Of a stretch of 64,000 bases of DNA, positions 43,817 to 53,620 are shown piece by piece. This DNA is from Acidobacteriota bacterium. GTDB lineage: Bacteria; Acidobacteriota; UBA6911; RPQK01; JADFOI01. Location of the stretch: positions 13,784-77,783 of the forward strand of contig JAYZCG010000040.1 of assembly GCA_036338435.1 (NCBI GenBank), in the 5' to 3' direction. The notes beneath the pieces were generated by a model. That model ran no database searches. It was not told the DNA's origin and saw nothing but the letters and a program-made list of their open reading frames with translations. The translations under genes and the position numbers were made by a program. Position 1 is the stretch's first letter, and every line of letters starts with the position of its first letter.

Positions 43817-44800
43817 TCACCTGGGATTTAGTTCAGTGCGCGCCTGATGGATTATAGTTCGAAGGCCTTTGGTGTTACCGTGAAGCGAGATGTAGAGTCG
43901 ATCGAGCTCATATTGAGCCTTCATGACATTGGTTCCGTTCAAGGCAACTGCTTTTGCCAGAGATATAACAGCTTCGTCAGTTCTTCTGGTTCCCCAATAG
44001 ATCAATCCTAATCGATAGTATGTGAAATCATTGTGATCATCATAACGGAGTGATGTTTCAAAGTTGTCGCGTGCTTTGTTTGTATTTTTACCGGTATAAG
44101 CTGTTTCGGCAATTGCCCGGTAGCAAAATCCACGCACTCGATCCAACTGGGCATTCCATTCCCGGATACTTTGGGCGTCTGGTTTTTTTGCTATTTCGGT
44201 CACCTGCAGTGCCTGTTTTGCATAAAGTTCACTATTCGTGAAGTCACTGGCACCCCAATATGAATTGGAGAGTTCAACTAGAACTTCAAGGTTATTTGGA
44301 TCGTGTTGGATTATGCGCTGGCCCCACTTGCGAAAATTTATATCATCGTTGAGGGATTGGTAAGCACGAGTGATTAAATAGGCGATGTCTGAACTGGGTG
44401 AATCATTGTACAGTTTACTGCCGAATTCTATAAGCTTGTGGCTGTTTCCAAGGTGTTGATAAGCCTCAGTGGCGGCACGTATAGAGGCAGAATCATTGGG
44501 CCGGTGGCGCAAAAAGTTTTCCGCTACGCTTGCCAACTGTTCCCACTGGCGTTGTTTACGAATTTGGGCATAAGACAGTCCGTACAGATAAGAGATATTT
44601 AAATCTAATGCCGACTCTTTGTAGGTCGTCACAAACTGGATCAGTAAAACCCGCTGCTTAGCTTTATCTGTTTCTACCTCAGCTTTTTGATAGAGTTCAT
44701 ACTCTTCCGCATAGGTCGTACTTTCCTGCGATCCAAGCACGTTTTCCATCAGGCTTGAAGAAATAAAAGCTATTACGATACCCAGCACTGCAGCTCGCAT
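43817..44800 (-). CDS. Tetratricopeptide-repeat protein with signal peptide
   Basis: N-terminal signal (AVLGIVIAFISSS). Repeated TPR-like W/Y-LG-Y patterns throughout. Confidence 0.55.
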   Translation of the reverse strand: MRAAVLGIVIAFISSSLMENVLGSQESTTYAEEYELYQKAEVETDKAKQRVLLIQFVTTYKESALDLNISYLYGLSYAQIRKQRQWEQLASVAENFLRHRPNDSASIRAATEAYQHLGNSHKLIEFGSKLYNDSPSSDIAYLITRAYQSLNDDINFRKWGQRIIQHDPNNLEVLVELSNSYWGASDFTNSELYAKQALQVTEIAKKPDAQSIREWNAQLDRVRGFCYRAIAETAYTGKNTNKARDNFETSLRYDDHNDFTYYRLGLIYWGTRRTDEAVISLAKAVALNGTNVMKAQYELDRLYISLHGNTKGLRTIIHQARTELNPR

Positions 44801-45005
44801 TTGAGACTCCTTAGTCCATTGATTATTTACGGGTCAGTTTGGCAACCTATCATAATTGGCCTGCCCTTGGTGGAGAAAATGGGGCAATGATTTTCTTGTC
44901 CCTATAACACAGTACATACATCTTGGTGAATCCTGTCATTGCCTAAGATCAACTGTGCGGTAGTAGAAAGTCAGTGTTGGCTGGGTGACGAGAAGCTAGA
45001 TAAGG

Positions 45006-45893
45006 TCACCGGAGTGTTTTGTTAAAGAAGTCAACGGTCCGTTGCCAAGCCAAAGTGGCCGCTTCTTCGTCATAGCGTGGTGTTGTGTCATTATGAAATC
45101 CATGATTGACCTCTTCATACAAGTGATTAGTATAGGCTATTCCGTTTGCTTGTAGAGAGGCCTCGTAATCTGGCCAGCCTGCGTTGATGCGTTGATCTAG
45201 GCCTGCATAGTGAAGTAGGAGAGGTGCTTTGATTTTGCTAACATCTTCAGCATTGGGTTGCCCCCCATAGAAGGCAACTGATGCGTTTAAATCTGGGATT
45301 CTAACTGCTAGTGCATTCGCCATACTTCCACCAAAGCAAAAACCCACAACTCCAATTTTTCCGTTGCATTCGGGATGGTTTTTTAGGTAGCTTGCAGCAG
45401 CTATAAAATCTTCCGTCATCGTTGTCCGGTCAAGCTGTTGCTGGAGAGCCCGACCCTCGTCGTCATTACCTGGATATCCGCCCAGGGGTGTCAGAGCATC
45501 CGGTGCCAAGGCCAAAAAGTTCGCTAGTCCGACGCGGCGTGCTACATCCCTAATATGAGGGTTAAGACCACGGTTTTCGTGGATGACTAGAACTCCGGGT
45601 AAAGCACCTTTGGCATTCGCAGGCCGAGCTAAGTAGGCCTTGATGATATCGGAACCTTTTGGTGAAGGGTATTCAATCATTTCAAGCTGAAGACGTGCGT
45701 CATCTTTAGCAATTTGTTGGGCCTGGGCATATTGTGGATTCAGACTTTCAAGTATGGCTGTAGCTGTTAAACCACCCGCTGCAAACTTAGAGGCACTATG
45801 TAAGAATTCACGGCGTGTGATAAAACCATGAACATATTTATCAAAGAGATCGAGGAGGTTTTGATCAAAGGCTTTGGATTGTTTTTGTTTCAT
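45006..45893 (-). CDS. Dienelactone hydrolase family protein, Tat-exported
   Basis: Twin-arginine motif (TRREFLHS), the DLH nucleophile context (GVVGFCFGG) and a C-terminal His motif. Confidence 0.75.
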   Translation of the reverse strand: MKQKQSKAFDQNLLDLFDKYVHGFITRREFLHSASKFAAGGLTATAILESLNPQYAQAQQIAKDDARLQLEMIEYPSPKGSDIIKAYLARPANAKGALPGVLVIHENRGLNPHIRDVARRVGLANFLALAPDALTPLGGYPGNDDEGRALQQQLDRTTMTEDFIAAASYLKNHPECNGKIGVVGFCFGGSMANALAVRIPDLNASVAFYGGQPNAEDVSKIKAPLLLHYAGLDQRINAGWPDYEASLQANGIAYTNHLYEEVNHGFHNDTTPRYDEEAATLAWQRTVDFFNKTLR

Positions 45894-46063
45894 GGGGGTT
45901 GCTCCTTTGTACTAGATACTTCGTATCTTATTCTATATTTGGGAGCAGAAGCCAGTGATCTTGTGAGTTAATTGTTTAGTATTACAAAAGAGTCATTTGC
46001 ATCCAAAATAGTTCACATTACGAACTGCAGAGGTAAGGATGACAACAACGAAGGGAAAATTAT

Positions 46064-46822
46064 ATGAAAAGGCTTAAGGAACGTGTTGCGATAGTAACTG
46101 GGGCTGCCCAGGGTATTGGTGCGGCTTTTGCCCGGGGTATGGCACTGGAAGGAGCCCGAATTGCCATCGCTGATTTAGACAGCGGGATGAAGATAGTGGA
46201 AGAGATCCAGGCCGCAGGGGGTGAGGCAATAGATGTCCCAACTGACGTAGCAGATGAAGAGGCGTGTGCCTCTATGGTGGATAGCACGGTTAGAGCATTT
46301 GGAAAAGTCGACATTTTGGTCAACAATGCTGCCGTATTTACTAGTGTCGAGCGCAAGCCGTTTACTGACATCTTAGTTGCAGAGTGGGATCAGTTAATGG
46401 CCGTTAATGTTAAGGGCGTGTGGCTGTGTTGTAAGGCGGTGGTTCCAGAGATGCGTAAACATAGTTACGGGAAAATTATTAATATTGCAACGGGTAGAAT
46501 TTTTAAGGGTGCACCATTTTTCCTGCACTATGATGCTTCCAAAGCAGCCGTTGTAGGGATAACCCGCTCTTTGGCCCGTGAAGTGGGCGATGATAACATT
46601 TGCGTAAATGCTATTGCCCCTGGCTCAACCATGAGTGAAAACATTCGTAAGCGTACCAATTGGAAGGGGGGAGGGCCTGAGAAAACCCGTTCTTCTCGTG
46701 CCCTTAAACGCGATGAGGTTCCCGAAGACTTAATTGGAGCGTGTACTTTCTTCGCCTCAGCCGAAAGTGAGTTCATTACTGGACAAACTCTAATCGTTGA
46801 TGGTGGATCTGCAATGCACTAG
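46064..46822 (+). CDS. SDR family oxidoreductase (FabG-like)
   Basis: TGAAQGIG cofactor motif, NNAA motif and YxxxK (YDASK). Confidence 0.8.
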   Translation: MKRLKERVAIVTGAAQGIGAAFARGMALEGARIAIADLDSGMKIVEEIQAAGGEAIDVPTDVADEEACASMVDSTVRAFGKVDILVNNAAVFTSVERKPFTDILVAEWDQLMAVNVKGVWLCCKAVVPEMRKHSYGKIINIATGRIFKGAPFFLHYDASKAAVVGITRSLAREVGDDNICVNAIAPGSTMSENIRKRTNWKGGGPEKTRSSRALKRDEVPEDLIGACTFFASAESEFITGQTLIVDGGSAMH

Positions 46823-47021
46823 CTTATTTGTTGGCCTATTTTCATGTGTCTGCTTTTGGGAAATAACTGCGACGATGGAGTACGTAACGAGAACTGCTGT
46901 GAGAGATATTTTCTGATTTCTTGGATGAAGCGTATTGAATCAGCTTACTTTTGGGCGGATCTTTTGGGAACAATGCCACATAGTTTGTCGATGATATACT
47001 GCAAAGCAGAAGGGGATCACT

Positions 47022-47456
47022 ATGGAAATACAAAATTATAGCAACCATCGACATTTTGTAATGGGCTATCACATTGTTTTATTTGGGATACTAATACTGA
47101 CTCTAATAGGTTCTGTCGTTAATGTAATTCAGTCTCTGGGAGATCATCAGCGCCAATATAGTGCGTTTCTAATAGCGGTAATGATGGTTGCTATGTTCAT
47201 GATTGCATTCTTTAGTCGTAGCTTTGCTTTAAAGGCACAGGATCGAGCAATTAGAGCCGAGGAGAATTTCAGACATTATGTACTTGCGAGTAAACGGTTG
47301 GATCCCAGGGTGACCACTCGTCAAGTTGTTGGCCTTCGCTTTGCCGCGGATGAGGAGTTTGTGGATTTAGCACGTAAAGCCGTCGAGGAGAGCTTGTCGG
47401 AGAACGAAATTAAAAAGGCAGTAAAAAACTGGCGTGCCGATACTTATCGAGTATGA
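47022..47456 (+). CDS. Hypothetical two-TM membrane protein
   Basis: Two hydrophobic helices followed by a charged ~70-aa C-terminal domain. I do not recognise a family. Confidence 0.4.
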   Translation: MEIQNYSNHRHFVMGYHIVLFGILILTLIGSVVNVIQSLGDHQRQYSAFLIAVMMVAMFMIAFFSRSFALKAQDRAIRAEENFRHYVLASKRLDPRVTTRQVVGLRFAADEEFVDLARKAVEESLSENEIKKAVKNWRADTYRV

Positions 47457-47615
47457 CACTCTCTTATTGGATATGGTTTTTGGAATAGACAATGTGCAGG
47501 TCTGAATGTTCGACCTGTGAATTTTAGAAATACAAAAAAATAAAGTACTGCTCCTTGTCTTTTCAGAGGGACTATCCGTTACATGGATAAACTATTTTCG
47601 TGGAGGACCAGCAAG

Positions 47616-48089
47616 ATGAAACAATCGATGGGTGTAGCGACGTTATGTGTTGCCATTTTATTGACGACTTCCGTTAGAGCTAACGATGTCGAAGATGTAC
47701 AAGAGGCCTATACAAAGCACATTATGCTTTCCAGAACTGGTCAAGTGGAGCTTTTTGTGGATCAACACTTCCCTGGGCACAGTGCTTTTGGTCCTACAGG
47801 AGGAATGCTGACTCGGTACGATTCTCCCGAGGAGGAAAAAAAATCCAGGAGCCGTATGAGACAGCCCGTCTATACATCTCTGGCCAACATTCTTCGCCAT
47901 TTAGAAGTCAGAGTATATGGAGATGCAGCCGTGGTTACAGGATATCTGGATGGGCCTATCACTCTGACTGACGGTAGCCGACGACAAGGAACCAGACGAG
48001 TTACAGCGGTGTGGATCAGACAGGGAACTGAATGGCGGGAAGTCCACGATCACATGTCGCCTCTGATTTCTACGACAAGAGCTGAGTAG
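47616..48089 (+). CDS. Exported NTF2-like / SnoaL-like (DUF4440-type) protein
   Basis: GGAGGA RBS and an ATG at 47616. Signal peptide. The AVVTGY...WIRQGTEW pattern is typical of NTF2-like folds. Confidence 0.45.
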   Translation: MKQSMGVATLCVAILLTTSVRANDVEDVQEAYTKHIMLSRTGQVELFVDQHFPGHSAFGPTGGMLTRYDSPEEEKKSRSRMRQPVYTSLANILRHLEVRVYGDAAVVTGYLDGPITLTDGSRRQGTRRVTAVWIRQGTEWREVHDHMSPLISTTRAE

Positions 48090-48304
48090 TGACGCTGTCC
48101 TCAAAAGAATGTATTGATTCTGAATAGCGATGCAAGCCACATCAGTCTAGATGCGTTTTTATATGGTTGAATCATGTTTGATGCCTCCAGAAATACAGAT
48201 GCATATGAGAGTCAACCTAAACAACGATTTCTCAATATTGCAGATTGGATCCTTGTTCAAACCAATGCTATATTGATCCTGTTCTGAGCGGACAATCCTT
48301 GTTT

Positions 48305-48739
48305 ATGAATATTGAAGACGTTACCGTCGTTACGGATGAATTGGTCGAAGAGTTGGGGCGGCTGATGACTCAACTCAGTCAATCGGCTTCACCACTCACA
48401 CATGAAGAACTTCAGCAAATAGTTGATGCCGAGGGCATTTATCTATTAGTAGCAAAAGATAGTGAGAACGTTGTGGGAACACTCACGCTGGTTTTGTTTC
48501 GGATCCCCACGGGCGTACGTGCTTGGATTGAAGATGTGGTGGTCGATGAACTTGCGCGAGGATTGGGTATTGGGAAAGCTCTGAGCCGTAGAGCGTTGGT
48601 TCTTGCTAAAGAGAATGGAGCACGAACTGTGGATCTCACTTCCCGTCCCAGTCGAGAAGCAGCAAATCACCTCTATCAGCGTTTAGGTTTTAAACCTCGC
48701 AATACTAATGTCTATAGGTATTTACTGGAGTCGAATTAA
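48305..48739 (+). CDS. GNAT family N-acetyltransferase
   Basis: Acetyl-CoA binding motif (RGLGIGKAL). I used the internal start MNIEDV.... The ORF track starts at 48245. Confidence 0.65.
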   Translation: MNIEDVTVVTDELVEELGRLMTQLSQSASPLTHEELQQIVDAEGIYLLVAKDSENVVGTLTLVLFRIPTGVRAWIEDVVVDELARGLGIGKALSRRALVLAKENGARTVDLTSRPSREAANHLYQRLGFKPRNTNVYRYLLESN

Positions 48740-48764
48740 CAAATAAAAAATCGGACATATAACT

Positions 48765-50285
48765 ATGATTTTACTTCCTCCTGAGACCATTGAGATCGTT
48801 CGATCCAATTTTTTTCTGATTATTGTTAGCCTGCTTAGTTATTTTGCTGTCTTTCTACTGATCTCCTATGCAGCCAACCGCAAGCTTACAGGAGAGGTAG
48901 GTGACTACATTGTAGCATCGCGTAATCTAGGCTGGTTGGTAGTCACCTTGACGATGTATTCCTCGGTTTTGAGTGGTGTAGGGATGGCAGGCATTCCTGG
49001 GACGGTGTATAGCGTGGGCGTGCCTTTCGTGGTAACGGTTTTAACAGGGCACACCATCGCTTTAGTTCTTCTCTGGTACTTTGGTCCTCGGATTTGGATT
49101 CTCGGTAAATACTATCAATTCACCACACCCGGGGATTTAATTGGGACGTATTATCAGAGTGATACCGTTCGCTTGTATACGGTTCTGGCCAGTATTCTCT
49201 TCAACACTGCATTTATAGTGGCACAGCTCCTGGCAGGAGGTGTTTTGTTAAACGTTCTCTCGGGTAATCTGATCCCTTTTCAGTGGGGGATTTTAATAAT
49301 TACAGCGGTGGTTTTACTTCACGTTGTTACCTCAGGACTACGAGGTATTGCTTGGTTAGATTTTTTCAATGGTTTAGTCATTCTTCTTCTCTTGTTTTTA
49401 TTCGGGGTGGCTATTTTGCTACTTACAGGTGGAAGTGGCCAGATCATTTCAGGTTTGGCTGACATAAAGGGAAGGTTTATAACTACCCCGGGCATGGTCG
49501 GACTCTTTACTCCTATCCATATCTATGGAGTGGCTTTAGGTTTGAGCATCGGGGTACTAGTCCTTTCACCATCTGCATGGATTCGTATTTACTCAGCCCG
49601 CAGTCAAAAGCATTTTACCCGTATCAGTGTCGCTATGTTGGTCTTATGGTTAATTTCTCATGTTATGGGATCTTTTCTGATCGGTGCCTATGGACGTCAA
49701 GTCATGCCTAGTGTTGAAAATCCAGATTTTGTCTCCTCATTGCTGGCTTTTGAGGCTTTACCGGTTTTTTTTGCAGCTCTATTTTTGATCGCTGTTTTGG
49801 CAGCTATCATTAGTACTACAGACACGTACTTGCATACCTTGACAGCTACTATCGTGCATGATCTGGTACGGGTTGTTCTACATCCAGATATGGAGGAGTC
49901 CCGGGAAATGATGCTCAACCGAACTATCATCATTGTTGTGGCTGCTGTGAGTGTTGCGCTGGCATTTTTGAATCCGGTTTTAATTACGCCACTGGCTATT
50001 TTCGCAGGAGGAATAACCCTGCAGCTTCTGACGCCTCTCTTGGGGGCTGTGACCTGGGCTCGCTCTACGACGGAGGCAGCAATTATTGCCCCCGGAGCTG
50101 GCATTTTGTTAACTTTGGTGTGGGAACTGGGAATTTTAACCAACCCCTTAGGAATGATGCCTGGTTTGGCTAGTGCCTTCTGCGTGAACGTAGTACTTTT
50201 TTTTGTAGTGAGTTTCCTAACGCGACCGCAGTCTCCCGAGATGGTGGAAAAATTTCACGGGTTAATTGATCGAGAATTGAGGTGA
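48765..50285 (+). CDS. Sodium:solute symporter family transporter
   Basis: 506 aa with ~13 TM segments in SSF-family topology. Confidence 0.7.
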   Translation: MILLPPETIEIVRSNFFLIIVSLLSYFAVFLLISYAANRKLTGEVGDYIVASRNLGWLVVTLTMYSSVLSGVGMAGIPGTVYSVGVPFVVTVLTGHTIALVLLWYFGPRIWILGKYYQFTTPGDLIGTYYQSDTVRLYTVLASILFNTAFIVAQLLAGGVLLNVLSGNLIPFQWGILIITAVVLLHVVTSGLRGIAWLDFFNGLVILLLLFLFGVAILLLTGGSGQIISGLADIKGRFITTPGMVGLFTPIHIYGVALGLSIGVLVLSPSAWIRIYSARSQKHFTRISVAMLVLWLISHVMGSFLIGAYGRQVMPSVENPDFVSSLLAFEALPVFFAALFLIAVLAAIISTTDTYLHTLTATIVHDLVRVVLHPDMEESREMMLNRTIIIVVAAVSVALAFLNPVLITPLAIFAGGITLQLLTPLLGAVTWARSTTEAAIIAPGAGILLTLVWELGILTNPLGMMPGLASAFCVNVVLFFVVSFLTRPQSPEMVEKFHGLIDRELR

Positions 50286-50386
50286 TATTATATTCAAGTT
50301 TGCAAAATAATAGTTGTAGAGTTGTCGGTATGTGAAGGATCCTTTGCACGAGATTTTAACTTGCAACAGGTTGTGAACACTACATT

Positions 50387-51376
50387 TTATATTTTTGCAA
50401 GCTGAAGAGTGCTTGACGCAAAAAGGCTTTCAAAGGGGGGAGGCTGGTCGATCATTCCCTGTTCTTTTAGATAGCGACAAAGAGTCTCAACTGTTTCACG
50501 ATTACGTACTGAGCCGGCTTCCCAAGGGTTCTCTCCCAGTAGCTCCTGTTCTTGTTCCCAGTACGTCTGTAGCCAAGCTAACTGAAAAGGAACGGCCGGT
50601 GCGTAAATACCTTCTCGTGATAGTTTTTGAGCTTGATCAAATGCCTTATATAAACTAACGGCCAACCACGGATGGATTTCTAATAACTGTTTCCGAACAA
50701 CAACTGTGTGCATAATGGGAAAGATTCCAGTTCTTTTGAAGTAATCTTTCTCAACCTCGATGGGGTGTTTGAAGAGACGTTTGACCTGATCTGAGCCATG
50801 TAAAATCGGAGAAGGGACTCGAGCTGCGATAACAGCATCTAGTTCACCAGTCTCCAGCATGGAACTCAGTGTTTTATCTTCGGGAATGTGATCAAGGCTT
50901 ATTTCAGGAGGCAGTTTGAGAGGTACTCGCTCTTCACGGCCAGGTTGCTCCTGTCCTCCGGTAAGCCAATGGATGTCACTGGCGGCTACACCATGATCAT
51001 CCAGGAGGATGCCTTTGACCCAGACAATGGCAGTCATCTGATATTCACCTACGCCGACCCGGCATCCTTTGAGGTCTTCCGGTTTTTGAATGCCAGCGTT
51101 GGCGTGAACAAAAATTGAGGAATGACGAAACATGCGGGAAGGAAATACGGGAATGGCGATCAGATCATCTCGGCCTTGGGCACGGCCTGTGATGTAGGAT
51201 GCCAAAGACATTTCAGAGACTTCAAACTCCTTGTGTCTAGCCATGCGGAAAAAAAGTTCCTCGGGTCCCATGGCAATAAAGTTGAGATTTACCCCTTCTG
51301 GCTTGATTCGGCCGTCTTTCAGCGGTGCTACTCGGTCATAGTCTCCACATGCCAGCGTTACGGTAATTTTCCCCAT
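50387..51376 (-). CDS. NMT1/THI5-like protein, 4,5-dihydroxyphthalate decarboxylase (PhtD)-like
   Basis: The MGKITVTLACGDYDRVAPLKDG...FFRMARHKEFEVSEMSL N-terminus resembles the PhtD-like subfamily. No signal peptide. Confidence 0.5.
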   Translation of the reverse strand: MGKITVTLACGDYDRVAPLKDGRIKPEGVNLNFIAMGPEELFFRMARHKEFEVSEMSLASYITGRAQGRDDLIAIPVFPSRMFRHSSIFVHANAGIQKPEDLKGCRVGVGEYQMTAIVWVKGILLDDHGVAASDIHWLTGGQEQPGREERVPLKLPPEISLDHIPEDKTLSSMLETGELDAVIAARVPSPILHGSDQVKRLFKHPIEVEKDYFKRTGIFPIMHTVVVRKQLLEIHPWLAVSLYKAFDQAQKLSREGIYAPAVPFQLAWLQTYWEQEQELLGENPWEAGSVRNRETVETLCRYLKEQGMIDQPPPFESLFASSTLQLAKI

Positions 51377-51491
51377 GTGTACTCCTTATCTGTTACGTTC
51401 TTCCCAAAATAGTAATGAAGGATTGGGCCGCAGGTCAACCATGGAGTGTGTGAAATTAGAATAGGGGACTCCCAACTTTGTCTAACGGGGT

Positions 51492-51869
51492 TTATTCAAT
51501 AGGAGGATGTTCGTTGGATGGGAGAATGTCTGTGACCAGATCCCGGATGAGAGGACTTTTGGGGAGTGGTTCCAACTTGATCGGATCGTCTCCAACTCTT
51601 GCCGTACATAGATAGGTAGCAGTGCCATTGACAAGGGCTCCACATTCTTTACAGGCATTGGCGTTTATACAGCTGTAGCGAATGGACACACTAGAATCCA
51701 GATGCTGTCGAATCCAGATTAGGGCATCCAGAACTGACATGGTCTCTTTTCGAGGAACTTGAAAAATATCAAAGTGAGGGGCATCACTTGGACCACCGCG
51801 GCGAATGTGAATCTCAGCCACCCGTTTCTCTGATGTGTGTGATCTAATCTTGTCCTTGGTGTTCGTCAT
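51492..51869 (-). CDS. 2Fe-2S ferredoxin-type protein resembling only the N-terminal domain of SdhB/FrdB
   Basis: SCINANACKECGALVNGTATYLC cysteine pattern. 125 aa, with no 4Fe-4S/3Fe-4S domain. Confidence 0.5.
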   Translation of the reverse strand: MTNTKDKIRSHTSEKRVAEIHIRRGGPSDAPHFDIFQVPRKETMSVLDALIWIRQHLDSSVSIRYSCINANACKECGALVNGTATYLCTARVGDDPIKLEPLPKSPLIRDLVTDILPSNEHPPIE

Positions 51870-51876
51870 GTCAGAT

Positions 51877-53580
51877 CTAAGTTGTCAATCTAACTACCGG
51901 CTCGGATCGTATAGTTAGCTTGTTCCTCTCCAGTGATACCACTTGGTTTTTTTCCCATTTAGGATCCTGGGCGGGAAAGTCCTCACGTTGGTGGGCTCCA
52001 CGGCTTTCATTTCTCAAAAGGGCAGATTGAGCAACCATTTCAGCGGTAGCGAGCATATTGCGTAGTTCAAGCCAATCTTGGATATCCATGTTAAAGGGAT
52101 GGAGTTTAGAGAGGCTCAATTTTGGTAGGACTTCTTGGCGCAGTTCTTGAATAGTTTCTAGAGCTGTCTTGAGTCCCGTTGCATTTCTAAGAGGGCCAAC
52201 ATGTTCGTTCATAATCTGTTTAAGCCGTTGTTGTATAGCTGATACGGTTGGGGTGCCCCGTGATTGACTACGGGAGGTTAGAGATTTTAACTTTTCCATA
52301 TGAACAGTGGCGAGATTTGTGAAGTGTTGTGCTGAATTTTGGATCGCTTTTCCCAGGATTTTTCTAGCACCTAATCTGCCAGCGAGTTCTCCAAAAACCA
52401 GTGCTTCAGTAATGGCATTGCCGGAAAGACGGTTGGCCCCGTTAACTCCTCCTGCAACTTCTCCAGCCGCATAAAGTCCGTCAATACACGTCTGCATGGA
52501 TTTTTTAATGCGCACCCCGCCCATTTGGTAATGGGCCATTGGGGCGACTTCAATCGGCATCTGGGTTAGATCGATACCGTTTGCAAGTAATCGGTCTATT
52601 ACTGGGCCGAAAGCATTCCGAAGCTCAGCTTCAGAGACATGTTGAAAATCTAGATACGCCCCTCCATGCGTAGAACCTCTTCCCGCCTCAACTTCTTTGA
52701 GTATCGCGTAGGAAGCAAGGTCTCTTGGGACCCGATATATCCCCTGATCTTTGCTTCCATAGCGATCAACAAATTCCTCGAAGTCTCCATTAAGCAGCCT
52801 TCCCCCCAGCTTGTACCTAAATGGATCCCACATGATGGGATCCATTCCAACCAGACGTGGTGCCAAATGAGCGATGGGGAAGAACTGCACAAATTCCATG
52901 TCTGTTAGTTCGGCACCAGCTCTTAAAGCCAGAGCATAACCATCACCTCCCATGTTGGCCGACCCACTATTTCGAGTGTAGAGCTTAGATAGCCCCCCAG
53001 TGGTAAGAATTACGGCCTTGCAACTTAGGGCCACGGGTTTTGCCGTTACAATATTCATCCCAATAGCTCCCACGGCTCTTCCCTCATCTACTAGGATGTC
53101 GGTGATGACTAAGTTACTAATAGTTCGTATTTTTTCTTCTCGTTTAACTTGTTTACGCAACGTTGATGCCAAAGCTGGACCAGTGTTTAAAAAGTCCACG
53201 TAAACACATCGTTTGCGGCTGTGTCCTGGAGCTGACACCTGCAGTATGGTGCCATCTTTTTGGGCCCATCCAACTTTCCAGGAATCCATTTCCATAATAC
53301 GTTCTGGGCCATTAACACAGAGCAGTTTGGTGAGTTCTTCGTTGCAAATACCATGGCCAGACTTGACGGTGTCTGAAAAATGCATTTCCCAGTTATCTGG
53401 TTCCTGGTGGCCAATGGCCACTGCAACTGTCATCTGCGCCATGACGGTTGCTCCGCCGCGTCCCACCATATTCTTGTCTATCAGGAGCACAGAAGCCCCT
53501 TCCCGGGCTCCTGCAAGGGCTGCGTACATGCCAGCCCCACCAGCTCCAATGATGAGAATATCGGTATTGATTTCCATCAT
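51877..53580 (-). CDS. FAD-dependent oxidoreductase, succinate dehydrogenase/fumarate reductase flavoprotein-like
   Basis: N-terminal FAD motif (ILIIGAGGAGMYAA) and HxxMGG-like HYQMGG. 567 aa. Confidence 0.7.
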   Translation of the reverse strand: MMEINTDILIIGAGGAGMYAALAGAREGASVLLIDKNMVGRGGATVMAQMTVAVAIGHQEPDNWEMHFSDTVKSGHGICNEELTKLLCVNGPERIMEMDSWKVGWAQKDGTILQVSAPGHSRKRCVYVDFLNTGPALASTLRKQVKREEKIRTISNLVITDILVDEGRAVGAIGMNIVTAKPVALSCKAVILTTGGLSKLYTRNSGSANMGGDGYALALRAGAELTDMEFVQFFPIAHLAPRLVGMDPIMWDPFRYKLGGRLLNGDFEEFVDRYGSKDQGIYRVPRDLASYAILKEVEAGRGSTHGGAYLDFQHVSEAELRNAFGPVIDRLLANGIDLTQMPIEVAPMAHYQMGGVRIKKSMQTCIDGLYAAGEVAGGVNGANRLSGNAITEALVFGELAGRLGARKILGKAIQNSAQHFTNLATVHMEKLKSLTSRSQSRGTPTVSAIQQRLKQIMNEHVGPLRNATGLKTALETIQELRQEVLPKLSLSKLHPFNMDIQDWLELRNMLATAEMVAQSALLRNESRGAHQREDFPAQDPKWEKNQVVSLERNKLTIRSEPVVRLTT

Positions 53581-53620
53581 AAGGAGTTATCTTTATCGTT
53601 TTAGGTGTAAATAGGAGCTA

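Noticed and set aside
46842-47072. Small ORFs (65-76 aa) on both strands in the SDR / two-TM gene spacer
   Set aside because: They have no RBS and overlap each other on opposite strands in an AT-rich spacer, with no recognisable motifs.
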